Below, one piece after another: positions 51,683 through 64,000 of a stretch of 64,000 bases of DNA. Every line of letters starts with the position of its first letter. Positions within the stretch are counted from its first letter, which is position 1. Below the pieces are notes generated by a model that worked only from the letters and a program-made list of their open reading frames with translations, was not told the DNA's origin and did not search any database. Made by a program: the position numbers and the translations under genes. Origin of the DNA: Octopus vulgaris (lineage: Eukaryota); assembly GCA_951406725.2 (NCBI GenBank), contig OX597830.1:39308001-39372000 (forward strand), in the 5' to 3' direction.

Positions 51683-52330
51683 AAAATTTCATGTTGCTGT
51701 CAAATGAAAAAAAGTTGTAACAAGTTGAAACGGTGATTTTGAAATAAACATTAAAAAATATTAACCAAAACAAAAAAGATTATTCACTGTCAATTTGACT
51801 CACGCAAGAGATTTAAACATTAAATATGTTACCAGGCTATAAGATAACAACGAAAAACAAGAAGTAGAAAATATTGAAAATAGAAACTGTCTGAAAAATA
51901 AAGATAAATAATAAATGAAAATGAAAATACAATTTAAACTCATGAAATTATTCGCCTAAAGGTTGATTTGTTGATGTAAGAAAAAAAAGAATGCTTAAAC
52001 ACGGACATTTTACACAAAATTGATAAATTAGTTGAAACAGCGTTTCTATGAAATAGATTTCGTGAATGTCAAAGTGATGTTTAGGTATCTGCCTACATAA
52101 TCCTAAGTCAATTAATCATTTGGTTGAAAGGAATCGGATGAATACTGTAATAGTAGAAGACATGCTCCCTACCATCAGTTACGGTTTGGTTTCGACTCCT
52201 TGTCAAATGCTTACTTCACTGACATTAATAATTCCAAATGGCTATGAACTTATTACTGTTTATTTCGTTTGACTCCTTTGTTACTTTTTCTGCTCTCGGT
52301 ATTCCTTCACTCCTCTCTCAATATTCTTTT
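51683..52330 (+). repeat. Diverged direct repeat, copy 1
   Basis: Colinear with 54798-55400 (GTTGAAACGGTGATT, AATATTAACCAAAACA, CACGCAAGAGATTTAAACAT, TTCGCCTAAAGGT). Confidence 0.8.
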
Positions 52331-52392
52331 TCTCTTTCTCGCACATTCTACTAGACTATTATACTAAACTATACAAGTATAGTATAGTAAAT

Positions 52393-52473
52393 ATATGCCC
52401 GCGGCTATATAGCGTAATAGTTAAGAGCGCGGGCTACTAACCCTAAGATTCCGAGTCCAATTCCACTTGAATA

Positions 52474-52514
<41 letters not shown>

Positions 52515-52705
52515 CATCAGCAAAAAATACCTTAGGAATGAGAACCCAGGGTTTGGTTCAAAATTACACCAGGACACCTGATGAAGGCTGGAGAGTAAAT
52601 CAGCCGAAACAAACAAAATGAGGACACACATCTGTCCAATGTAAATAATGTACAGAATTCTTCATCTCTAAAATATAGAACAGTAAACAAGTACTATACT
52701 ATACT
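52393..52705 (+). mobile_element. Solo tRNA-head + (AAT)n + HHR module (PLE terminal repeat)
   Basis: Homologous to 2552-2850; HHR GACAC-CTGATGA-A-GGCTG..CAGCC-GAAAC at 52573-52610 lacks its 3' strand. Confidence 0.8.
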
Positions 52706-53229
52706 AGCTTATAGCAAAATGAAACTATTATCTTAGTATGTTTATAAGGAAAAGCAACGGAAAGTAACTTCTGAGAAATATACATCATATTGGTAAATGC
52801 TTTGCGGCATTTATTCCGGCCCCTTCCATTCGGAGTTCAAATCCCGCTGTTGTCAACTTTGCCTTTCATCCTATCAGGGTCGATGTAATTATCCTGTCCT
52901 ATTCTCCCGTCAAAATGTCTGGGCTTGTGCAAAAGGTAGAAAGCATAGTTCTCTCATTGGCGCAAAGCTACAACTTTGTTAAGCGAAATATAATCGATTT
53001 AAACAATTCTAGATATTTGACTGATACAGAACTTATCGAATCCAAAAGGATGGAATAAATTCCAAGTCAGCCAATCATGAATTTGAAGACTGAATTAAAG
53101 CAAGAACTTGAATACTACCAGGTATTCTGTTCGGTTTTCTACAGAATTTGCCGCCGACTACAATTTATCTGATGGGCAATATCGGTTTCAAATTCTGGCA
53201 CACGGTCATTAATTTCAGGAGGGTAAGGA

Positions 53230-53401
53230 GATAATTTGATCTCATTGATCCCAGTGTTCAACTAGAGTTTATGTTATCGTGCCCGAAAGGAGTAAAAGGC
53301 AAAGTCAGCCTCAGCAGAATTTGAACTCAGAACGTAACGACGGGCGAAATGCTACTAAGCATTTTTCCGGGCGTGCTAACGATTCTGCCAGCTCACCGCC
53401 T
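53230..53401 (-). mobile_element. SINE family A
   Basis: AATTTGAACTCAGAACGTAACGACGGGCGAAATGC...TTCTGCCAGCTCACCGCC. Confidence 0.8.
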
Positions 53402-54267
53402 TTTATCTGATGGACAATATTGATTTCAAATGCTCGTATAAAACTGAACGATCTTCTACAATTACTAATACCGCTACTACTACAATCACTAATACTATTA
53501 GCACTACTGCTACTGCTGCTACTACAATTTCTACTATCACTATACTACTATATTATTGCAAGCATTTTGGTATAGTGGTGTAGCAAAGTAAGATGAGATA
53601 GTGGAACTATTACTATTTACACTATTAGATCGTGATGTTATTTAACTTCAGGTCGTCTCTGAACAGACAGACATGGTCGAATACATTCCAACTGTGCCTA
53701 TCTCATTTGTTTAGAAGTATGTAGGACTACTTGCATTAATTTAAGAATTTGCTGTTTCCTGCAAGTTTTTGTGCTATAAAATCTGAAACCAGGCGCACAA
53801 AAGCACAGCACAAAACTAAGCTGTCTTTTTTAAAACCACTTTTTTCATATACAAAACAGTCAGTTAAGTGTGAACAGAGTCAGTTACAACAGAGCAATAT
53901 ATTTGGTCTTGCCACGGTGGCCTATCTTCATTATTTCCTTGGATCTGTTTCACCTTTAAGTACGTCGTTAATGGTCAAGTAGGAAAGCAGTCATGGCTCA
54001 ACGGTTAAAAAACGGTTCTAAGATCTATTTCGCTGTGAAGCATCTTGGGAAAAAGTTTCATTGCATAAGCACGTGCTGACCATTATCTTTTCAGTGACAT
54101 TATTTAGACAGAAACACAGTTATGCAGAAGCCTGTACACAGTATTCTGTCCCTTGTTAAGGATACTGGAAGCATGCATTAAGCTTACATAAGTTGATGAA
54201 GTGCAAAATTCATTGCACTGTTAGCACAGAAACGCAAAGTCCTGAATGTTTTTCATACCTGTGTCAT

Positions 54268-54336
<69 letters not shown>

Positions 54337-54797
54337 GAAGGATTAAACTTCAATCATATACCAGTATTCATGAAACGAAGTCGACAATATCGATTACACA
54401 CTTTCTTAATACTTTTTCAACGCATTTGTTGCGTCAGATTTAGATACCCACATCAAACAGTCGTGAGAAAAGTGTCATAACTAATGGCTGACTAAAAGTC
54501 ATTAAGCAATAATACATTTGGCCAATCCGCAAAAGACCAAAATTTGCATTAAAGTAATTTACTAGGTTAAATTGTGACTATTATATGCTATGCTGTTTAT
54601 TTTATCGGTTGAGAAGGCTAATATGAATTCAAATTCAGAAATGTAAAGGGTGCGTATCTATAGACTGTAATACATTTAGCCCGGATTTCTAAAGTCTGCC
54701 TATTCCATAATAATTCTTTGGGTAACAATGTCGCCCCATATAGAAATATTAGTGACATAGTGTATTGTACAAAGTAAGTGGTCGTCATACTGCAATG

Positions 54798-55400
54798 CAA
54801 AATTCATGCTGCTGTCAACTGAAAGAAAGTGCTAAGATGTTGAAACGGTGATTATTAAGCAAAATATAAAAATATTAACCAAAACATGGAATAAAAATTA
54901 TCGCCATCAATTTGACACACGCAAGAGATTTAAACATCAAAAATGTTACCAAGGTATAAGATAACTAGTAAAAAATAATAAAGTAAAAAGAAATAGAAAA
55001 TGTCCAAAGTGTAACTATTCTAAAACTGACAAGTAAAAAACCACATCCAATTGCAACTCAAGAAATGATTCGCCTAAAGGTCGATTTTCTTGATAAATCA
55101 GGTGATGTGAGTGTTTCATGTGAAACAGATTTCATGAATGCCAAGATGATGTTTAGTTATCTGCCCACAAAATAATTAATCTCAATTAATCATGTTATAG
55201 AAGTGAATAAAATGAATTCTGTGATTGCAGAAAGTAAGAACCCGATCAATCTTTGAGTCCTGGCTTCGATTCCTGGTTGCAATGAATTCCTTTAACTTAG
55301 GTCACTAATGTCCCTTACAAACATATAAACTTCGTTGAGCGCATTTGCTCTCCCTGTCTCAGTATTTCTCTCTTTCTTTCTATTTCTCTCTCTTTCTCTT
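54798..55400 (+). repeat. Diverged direct repeat, copy 2
   Basis: See 51683-52330. Confidence 0.8.
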
Positions 55401-58125
55401 TAAATTTCAAGCTTCTGTTTCATACCTATCATCGGAGAGAGATATTTAATCGACCTTGAGTAATCTCCATTAGCCAGAGTGGTAAAAGTGCTAAGCCTGG
55501 TTATTTTGACCTAATCGACTTCGGTAATGACTTATATTTGCTTTCGCTCATCACTTTCTTTGTTCCATATGAAGAAATCATCAAAGAACATGAGGGACTT
55601 CTTGATGCATGTTATTACATCGATATCGATGTCATTATTAGTGGTGAATTCCTCACTGGAATCGTAATTAATGGTCAGAATTTTACTTTATCCAACCTTA
55701 TAAATTATCTGGGAACAGGCATACTTTGCTAAACCACCTGATTAGATCAATATAGTTATGAGGAAAACATTGCCACCTGGCGAGTAATAAAACTAAATAC
55801 TCTCTTAGGAACAAATCAAACCGGCCACCAGAAAGCAGCATCAATCATACTCTGATGTGTCAATTCACTGATAACTACCTCATATAAGCCCGAGTGGGCC
55901 GAAATAGATCCAGTAAAAACACCTACCTCAATATAGCCATACATTTTGGGTTGAAAATGATTGGGTAATTCTAAAAGAAGCTATTTCGAAGTTGAAATCG
56001 CAATATCTTATGTTAACGGTCAAAGAGACATCTCTTTTGTGTGACCGAGAAGTACAATAATATTATACCTATATTTGATATTCTCAACAAAACTTAAGAT
56101 GTAGTGTTAAAGTGTAGGCATAAGAACAAAGATCTTTTAATGAATCATTCCAGCTACGGACAGAAACGATTGCTGTAGCTGCATAGAAACCATTTTGTAA
56201 GACAACATCTGATTATACAAGTGCATGACCTGCTCGATATAGCAGGGCTTCGAGATCCAATTCCAAGAAAGAAAATTCCTAATGGTATATAATAACTGCA
56301 TACAATAAGTACTTGGGCCAAACCAACTGCATATGTTTTAATTTCTTGTGTTAATATTTTATCAAAAGAAATAGAAAAAAATTGGTTTGAAGAGAGTAAT
56401 ATACTGTCGTTACATTATGAATTGTTTAGCACGAGGTCAGACAAACCTAATATCAAAAGCCTGTTCCAGACATGACCTACTGTATTTTCTTTTACGTTTT
56501 TCTATGACTTATAATAACACCCTACACTCATTACTGCAACTGTGTCATCTACAGTTGAATGTTATTGATGTTATCTACCTCTAAGGCTGGACCTATGATC
56601 AAATGTCATTTTCGTAATAATTTTAACTTTTACTCAAATGTAGCATAACAAGGATTATGCAATCCAATTGTTGTTCGCACGTTTTTGAGTGTTTGGGAAT
56701 TTTTTAATGATAGCGTGTGAGACAATTTTAGCTACTATTTCTATCGGGCCGAGTTATGGTATATGAGCTCCTGCTTTATTTAATGTATCTGAAAGTAAAT
56801 TGTGTGTCTAGAAGCTATTATAACCGCCTATATCTGAAATATATTATGTAGCAATATATCTATATATGTAAACGCATTTTTATAGTTTTGTTTTCGGTAA
56901 TTGTCTCAATGGTATGTGTTTTTCATATAACTCATAGCCCAGCAAACACGAGACCAAGAATGTAAAGATTTTGTCGCTTAATATAAACTCAAATAATATC
57001 ATTAACGACCCAAAGTTGTTGAAATTTGCACGATAGCTGTAGAAACCATTTTAAGTATTTATGAATACATAAAAAATGTGATATTCTCTTTTCGTTTATT
57101 TCTTAATAGATGTGACAACGATGGAAAAATTCAATAGAATTGTAACGCAGGGGAATGAACGAAATACATACATACGTATGTACATACATACATACATACA
57201 TACATACATACATACATACATACATACATACAAACATACATACATACATACATACATACATACATACATACATACATACATACATACATACATACAAATT
57301 GAACATATAAATACATACAAAGTTATCCTGTTAATGTTGAAATTCCTATGAAGGAGCCTTGGATCTATGTTAGAAAAAGTCTCTTTCTCTAATGGTAAGA
57401 AATCTTGAAATAAAACTGATAATGACATACATATATACATACGTTCATTCATTCATAACCTAAAGACGGACGAAATACCGCAAAGCGTTTTGACCGACGT
57501 GCTAGTGATTCTGCCAGTTCGCCGACTTCATATATGTATATATATATATATTAACATATACAATGTACGCATGTGTGTGTATTTGTATGTGTCTGTGCTT
57601 GTGTGTGTGTGTGTGTATGTGTGTGTGTTGATTTTGACCATACTGCAATACGTGATTTTTATAATATCTTAGAGGCGGCAATCGTTGATAATTCGGTCAA
57701 ATTGCCAGTTAAAGTTGCTTAAGTCTATTTCTGGTATTTCGTTTCCTCTCAAATATATGGTTTCATCATTTGAAACGTTTGTCATTTTAAGACAGGTTAA
57801 TAACTACGAACATCTCGATTGCTAATTGCGTACTGACGTCTTCACAACTCTCCTAAATAGTGACAAAGTTTAACTAACTAAAGGGAAGGGGAAGGTAAAT
57901 AAAGAGAGCAAATCTCACACATCGTCTGAAACACTGGCTTCAGCCTCCAATTCTATTTGCGTCATCGATATTCTTCAGAACACTTAAACCCGTCATCAAC
58001 AAATAAGAAAACTTTTATAAACACTTTTCAAACTTTATATAAGCTCCACCACATTCTCACATATTTTGTTCCCCACTCAGTACTCGGCCTTTCATCTCTC
58101 TCCAACTCCATATGTCTCTCCCACC

Positions 58126-58200
<75 letters not shown>

Positions 58201-58258
58201 CAACGTACTTATGTCTATACTCACATACATAGACATATGCATATATGTGTGTATACAC

Positions 58259-58310
<52 letters not shown>

Positions 58311-58341
58311 ATATATATATATATATAATATGTGTGTGAAT

Positions 58342-58662
58342 GCGCGTGGCTCAGTGGTTAGGTCATTCTGCCTACAATCGTAAGGTCGTGAATTCAATCC
58401 CCAATAGTGCGTTGTGTCCTTGAGCAAGACGCTTTATTTCATGTTGCTCCAGTCCGCTAAGCTGGCAAAAAGGAGTAGTACCTGTATTTCAAAGAGCCAG
58501 CCTTGTCATATTCTGTGTTACGCTGAATCTCCCTGAGAACTACGTTAAGGATACACGTGCCTTTTGAGAGCTCAGCCACTTGCCAGTTAATTTCACGAGC
58601 AAACTCTTCCGTTGATCGTATGAGCTGGGACCCTCGTCGTCGTTGTAACCGACGGAGTGCTT
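58342..58662 (+). mobile_element. Full-length tRNA-derived SINE family D
   Basis: A box TGGCTCAGTGG, B-box-like ATTCAATCC, central TGTGTCCTTGAGCAAGAC, inserted between (TA)n runs. Confidence 0.85.
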
Positions 58663-58663
58663 C

Positions 58664-58695
<32 letters not shown>

Positions 58696-58874
58696 CTAAG
58701 AGAAAACGATAAGGTCAAGTACAATTCGGTAGAACGTCCTGATAAATTCCTGGCCACTGTCCTTCAGATGTGTCAACATCAAATTTAAATCTACGTCTTT
58801 ATCTGTATATCTACCTTCTCTATAATGTTACTACTTGATTTGAAAGCCTTTGTATTATTGGAAAACCTATATAA

Positions 58875-58960
58875 TTGGCTGATGAGCACTCGGCATCTTA
58901 AATCTGCTGTAATACTTACAACTTTTAATAAAATGATGTAGTGCGAAACAATTGTACCAA
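58875..58960 (+). ncRNA. Minimal type I hammerhead ribozyme with canonical core
   Basis: TTGG-CTGATGA-GCACT..GCATC...GATGT-AGTGC-GAAA-C-AATT-GTA-CCAA: all core nucleotides canonical, palindromic ACAATTGT stem III, GUA triplet; (TA)n starts ~40 nt downstream. Confidence 0.85.
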
Positions 58961-58995
58961 ATTACTGGAGTCATTCTTGTTGCTTATTTTTGAGT

Positions 58996-59070
<75 letters not shown>

Positions 59071-59084
59071 CACACACAAATTTA

Positions 59085-60106
59085 AGTGCTGAATCCCTAG
59101 AAGTAAAAGAACAATTATCAGAAAAATAGAAGGAATTAACAAGAAAATTAACAAGCTTAAATACTGCTGGTAGCAAAGCACCCATTTGACTGCCATTGCA
59201 TCATTCAAATCGAAAATACACAACATCCAAAAAAGTATAATGACCACCATTAACAAACAAAGCATAGCTGAGGAAATTTGGGCCATTGAGAAATTAAACC
59301 CCAACCCTAAAGTGCTCTCTTCGTTTGAAAAAAAACATAAGGTCGCAATTTCCACTGTTGGTCCTCTGGTCGATGAGAACAACACTCTACATAATGCAGA
59401 ATCCATGTGTGAGATATTGCAGAGACAGTACTGTTCTGTTTTCAATAGCGCTAATGCGGTTCCTCTGACTAGTAACAGTGATGTAATCCCTCAACTAACT
59501 GACATAACTTTTGGTGCTCCTGATATCCTAAGAGAAATAGATATGGCCAAGTACAATTCGGCAGAAGGTCCTGATAAATTCCCGGCCACTGTCCTTCAGA
59601 TGTGTCAACATCAAATTGCACCCCCTCTAGCTTAGCTCTGGAGGAACTCACTTGACGCAAGCTACATTCCTTATCATCTTCTTTCCCAGTTTGTCGTTCC
59701 AGTCTTCAAAAAGGAAAAACAAATCTCTTGCAGTGAATTACCGTCCGATTTCACTCAGCTCTCATATCATTAAAGTATTTGAGAAGGGAGTGAGATCGCG
59801 AATAACTCGCTCGAATAAAACAATCTGCTGAACCCCAACCAGCATGGTTTCCGTGATGGCAGGGACTGCCTGTCGCAGCTTCTGCAACATTTTGATATCT
59901 TAAAAGCTTTGGGAGAAGGCTTGATTTCAGTAAGGCATTTGACAGAGTGGACCACAAAATCCTGCTGAAGAAACTGTTCAACACTGATGTCCGTGGAAAG
60001 CTGCTGCAGTGAATAAAGTGTTTCCTGACGAGCAGAACCCATCATGTTGTACTTCAGAGAATCCGGTCCAGCTCAGCCACAGTCAGTAGTGGTGTCCCAC
60101 AAGGTA
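59085..60106 (+). mobile_element. CR1/L2-like LINE RT fragment
   Basis: GPDKFPATVL, VVPVFKK, NYRPISLSSHIIKVFE, NPNQHGFRDGRDCLSQL, DFSKAFDRVDHKILL, SGVPQGT; stops and frameshifts. Confidence 0.85.
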
Positions 60107-60217
60107 CAAAATTATCTAAGTTATATATACATATATATATATATATATCTGTGCGTGTGTGTGTATATATATACACACACTAATGTATACATATTTTAGA
60201 TATGTATAGTATGTACG

Positions 60218-60253
<36 letters not shown>

Positions 60254-60702
60254 AGTGTACAAAGCATTAAGTATTTATACACAGAGGTGACCTTTGACAG
60301 GACACCTTACGTGCTAGAAAAGGCAGCCAAAGCCAAACCACGAAAAAAAGTAATTCCAAAGATAATGAAAACAAAAAAATTATTTTTAGTTAATCCCAAA
60401 CTCGAGTTTCTGTATTAATGGAAAAATAAATTCATTTGTCATCGATTTGTACTTCATCGATGTGGTCGCTAAGAAATACACAATTATGTAGCTAATATTA
60501 CCGAAATCACAGGTGTGTGCTGCATAGTTCTACATTATGTTTTCAAATCAACTACGCAAGCGCAGTTACAGTCGTCTGCAAGTGGTATTAAAGTTTTTCT
60601 AAATTTTCTCCCCTTATAATTTTCACAGTACATATATATATATATATACACATATATGTATATATATACATATATATATGTATATATGTATATACGTATA
60701 TG

Positions 60703-60733
<31 letters not shown>

Positions 60734-61084
60734 GTATATATACGTATGTATATATAAGTATATATATAAAAATATACATAAAAGCGTATGAACAATTGTG
60801 TGTACATCAGTGTTTATTTCTTTCCTGTCTTTCACTCTCCATCTTTCTCTCTCTCTCTCTCTTTCTCTCTCTCTGATTGTATGCATCTGTGTATATATGT
60901 ATGTGCATGTGTGCGTGTATCTGTGTGTGTGTGTGTGTGTGTGTGTGAGTTAGTTCATTAATCAAATTTTCTAACCGCCAGATGCAATCATCTGATAGAA
61001 CTCTACCAATAAAATAACAGATATTTTTAACACACTAATACATATATTTGTTTGTGTGTGTATGTATGTTTATATATATATATA

Positions 61085-61206
61085 TATATATGGGGGAGGG
61101 GCCGCATGTGTGTATGTGGGTGTGTACACACACGCACATATATATATATATATATATATATATGGGGGAGGGGCCGCATGTGTGTATGTGGATGTGTACA
61201 CACACG

Positions 61207-61246
<40 letters not shown>

Positions 61247-61785
61247 TGTAGTTGTGTGAGTGTCTGTCTCCTACGATTTAGATTCCTAACTCCTCCCACA
61301 TTTTGCGGTGCAGTTTAACCAAATTCGGGTATCTTATAGTCGAGATTAATATCAAGCCCGTCTGGCTATTAGCCCGCGTCTACGATGAGTCTACGATTTC
61401 AAAAATAATTTAACATCATTTTTTATTCCATTTTAATGCATAATTTTTCGTGTGTCGATGGCGGCGGAGTTGGCGTCCACGCTCAAACACCTGCACCTGT
61501 GTTTGCTTCTCCCCCTTCTTCCCTCCCTCGTGAAGCTGTGGGGAAGGGAGTTTAAGGAAATCAACGTCGTAATGCGTTCTTTTAGAACAACGACTTCATG
61601 GCTTGAAGACACCAAAACAGAAATGGCTAAGAAAGCCCGAATTGGCATCTATAAAGGAAGTAACTCTCTAAAAATGCTTATATAGTTATTTCCCTTACAA
61701 ACCCGAGCAACGCCGGGCGATACTGCTAGTATATATATATATGGGGGAGGGGCCGCGTGTGTGTATGTGGATGTGTACACACACG

Positions 61786-61800
<15 letters not shown>
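61085..61800 (+). repeat. Three-copy compound minisatellite GGGGGAGGGGCCGC...(TA)n
   Basis: Units at ~61090, ~61162 and ~61741; the last is separated from the others by the Helitron. Confidence 0.8.
61232..61729 (+). mobile_element. Non-autonomous Helitron
   Basis: 3' hairpin CCCGAGCAACGCCGGG, then CTAG|T at 61726-61730; 5' end TATATATAAAA merges with (TA)n; no TSD. Confidence 0.75.
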
Positions 61801-61820
<20 letters not shown>

Positions 61821-62664
61821 TTATATAACTATGAAATATAAACTGAGAGAGCATTCAATACTTTTAAACAGATTATAAAAAAATATTTTTAGAGGGAAAA
61901 GATTCGAAATATTTTTCACTGACTGTATTCTTCAGAGTGCATGTTTTGTACACTAAGCTACTGGTTAATGCCTTGAAATCCATCTTTGAGATCGAACATG
62001 ATCCCTGTTGTGTAGTGCTGCTCTTTGAAATAAAGAAATGTTGGACAGTATAATTATTCTTGAAAGCAACTAGAATATTTCAGAGAAAGAGAAAAAGGAA
62101 AGAAAGAAAAAGAACTAGATTTATTCTTACCCATGGTGGAACAGGCAGAATTCTATATGAAGTATTTTTACGTGTGTAGCGAAAGATGAAATTCTATATA
62201 AATAATTTGAAAAAGAGAAATTCTATGAGATCAGGTTTGGTGTGTGCCGATATGCGTTATGTTCGTGTTAAATAAAGATTTTTAAAAATACTCTTAAAGT
62301 GCAATGTTGAACTGTATCATTCAAATGTACATGGTATATATATATATATATATACATATATCCATAGAGATACAAACATATACATATACATAAAAGCAAT
62401 ACATACATATAATTATGTGTGTGTGTGTACACATGTACATTAGACAAGGTATACATAATAGTTATGAGATATTCATTTACAATAGTTTCCGACAAACATT
62501 ATAGGCTCCTTTCATTGATCGGTTTACTCAATCGTTCCATTGACTGATTGAGAAAAACTGAATGACCACAAATAATCAATCCACTTGCTCCTCATCAGAT
62601 TTATAATATGTGTGTGTGTCTCTGTGTGTGTCTCTGTGTGTGTGTGTGTGTGTCTGCGTGTGTA

Positions 62665-63033
<369 letters not shown>

Positions 63034-63049
63034 TGAGAGAGAGAGGGGG

Positions 63050-64000
63050 GAGAAATCGAAAATGAAAAATAACAAAAGCCAAAAGGACGCACTCATGCAT
63101 GTATTAGGTTGATGCTCAGTGTAAGATGGGAAAAAGACTGGACATAACATCTCGAGCATTGCTCTTCGTCAGAAGGAGGAGTGAGGAAAGATCCGAAGAG
63201 AAGGAAAAGGTCTAAGAAAAACACGTTTGTGGTTACATGGCTGAAGTGACCATAACTCTGATTTGATGGAATTCCCTGGCCTTTCAACGATCTTAATTGA
63301 GTTTGGTCTCCTTCAGAGCTTTCCTAAATTTTCGGTCTAGTTCTCAATGAGCTGTGACCTCTACAAACATCACTCCTTGATATTTGTCGGCCTTGTACTA
63401 TGTTTTCATCCTGTTTGCTTTATCACAAACTCTTTGTATCCTATTCCAGGCTTTACGTCTGTATCTACAGCAGGCACCACTGGTTTCATTACATATAATG
63501 CTATCTAACTTCTTTCTAGCTCCCCTGTATACACGAATCCTATCTTTCTGATCACATCCAGAGAATTGCATGTGGTGCATGAAGTCCTCTACATGTTTCT
63601 TCGTTTCATAGGGTTCGCATAGTGGGGACATGTTATTCATTATCTTAACCAAGTCGGCTATCAGTTTGTTGAAGTTCATGTTGTGTGACAAAGCTGAGTT
63701 CTTGTAAACAACATATTTAGAATCTATAGATTTCATGTAATAGGAGTGGAGGAGCTGCATTCTTCTTCTACTACTAAGCACTGACCTGTCCGACCACCTA
63801 ATCTATATTCCTAAATTCTTCATTCCATACTATCACCCTCTCTCTGCCCCATCACATGTTGTTCACAGTCTGTAACCAAAATTCAGTATCAAGGACCGGG
63901 AGTCTATTATTAGGATGCTTAGTGGGGTAATCGTTAGTTACATTGATACTTTGGTGAATGGAGTTAGCTACATGCTGGATGCGCTCCATCATGCTCCTCT
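63050..64000 (-). mobile_element. PLE relic (RT thumb-like region + tail with decayed HHR)
   Basis: HSYYMKSIDSKYVVYKNSALS...MQFSGC..KDR resembles the PLE post-RT Y.K..S..S.L..SGY region; 63144-63176 reads CTGACGA-A-GAGC-aat-GCTC-GAGA-TGTT. Confidence 0.55.

Noticed and set aside
55500-56230. Possible second maT-like transposase relic
   Set aside because: Only vague similarity; no catalytic motif readable.

Overview
AT-rich animal genomic DNA packed with (TA)n, (TATG)n, (GATA)n and (CA)n microsatellites. The tRNA-derived SINE families resemble those I recall from octopus/cephalopod genomes (inference, not verified). I found no convincing host protein-coding exon; nearly all short ORFs are microsatellite translations. 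The window is a transposon landscape: a near-complete Neptune-type Penelope-like element (PLE) at 4008-9433 (RT, Cys linker, GIY-YIG, two ~950-bp pLTRs), two other PLE relics, Tc1/mariner elements and MITEs, R4/Dong-like, RTE-like and CR1/L2-like LINE fragments, a hAT relic, a non-autonomous Helitron and many SINEs. The main unexplained signal is a set of about ten type I hammerhead-ribozyme (HHR) or HHR-like motifs from several sequence-unrelated families, read by eye. Most sit in short non-coding modules ending at (TA)n arrays. These include a 454-bp near-perfect palindrome with an HHR on each strand, a retrozyme-like 1.4-mer whose HHR is complete only across the monomer junction, a PLE terminal repeat joining a tRNA-like Pol III head to an HHR, and a CUGUUGA core variant in both pLTRs of the Neptune element. 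Coordinates of old relics are approximate, and no ribozyme activity is demonstrated.
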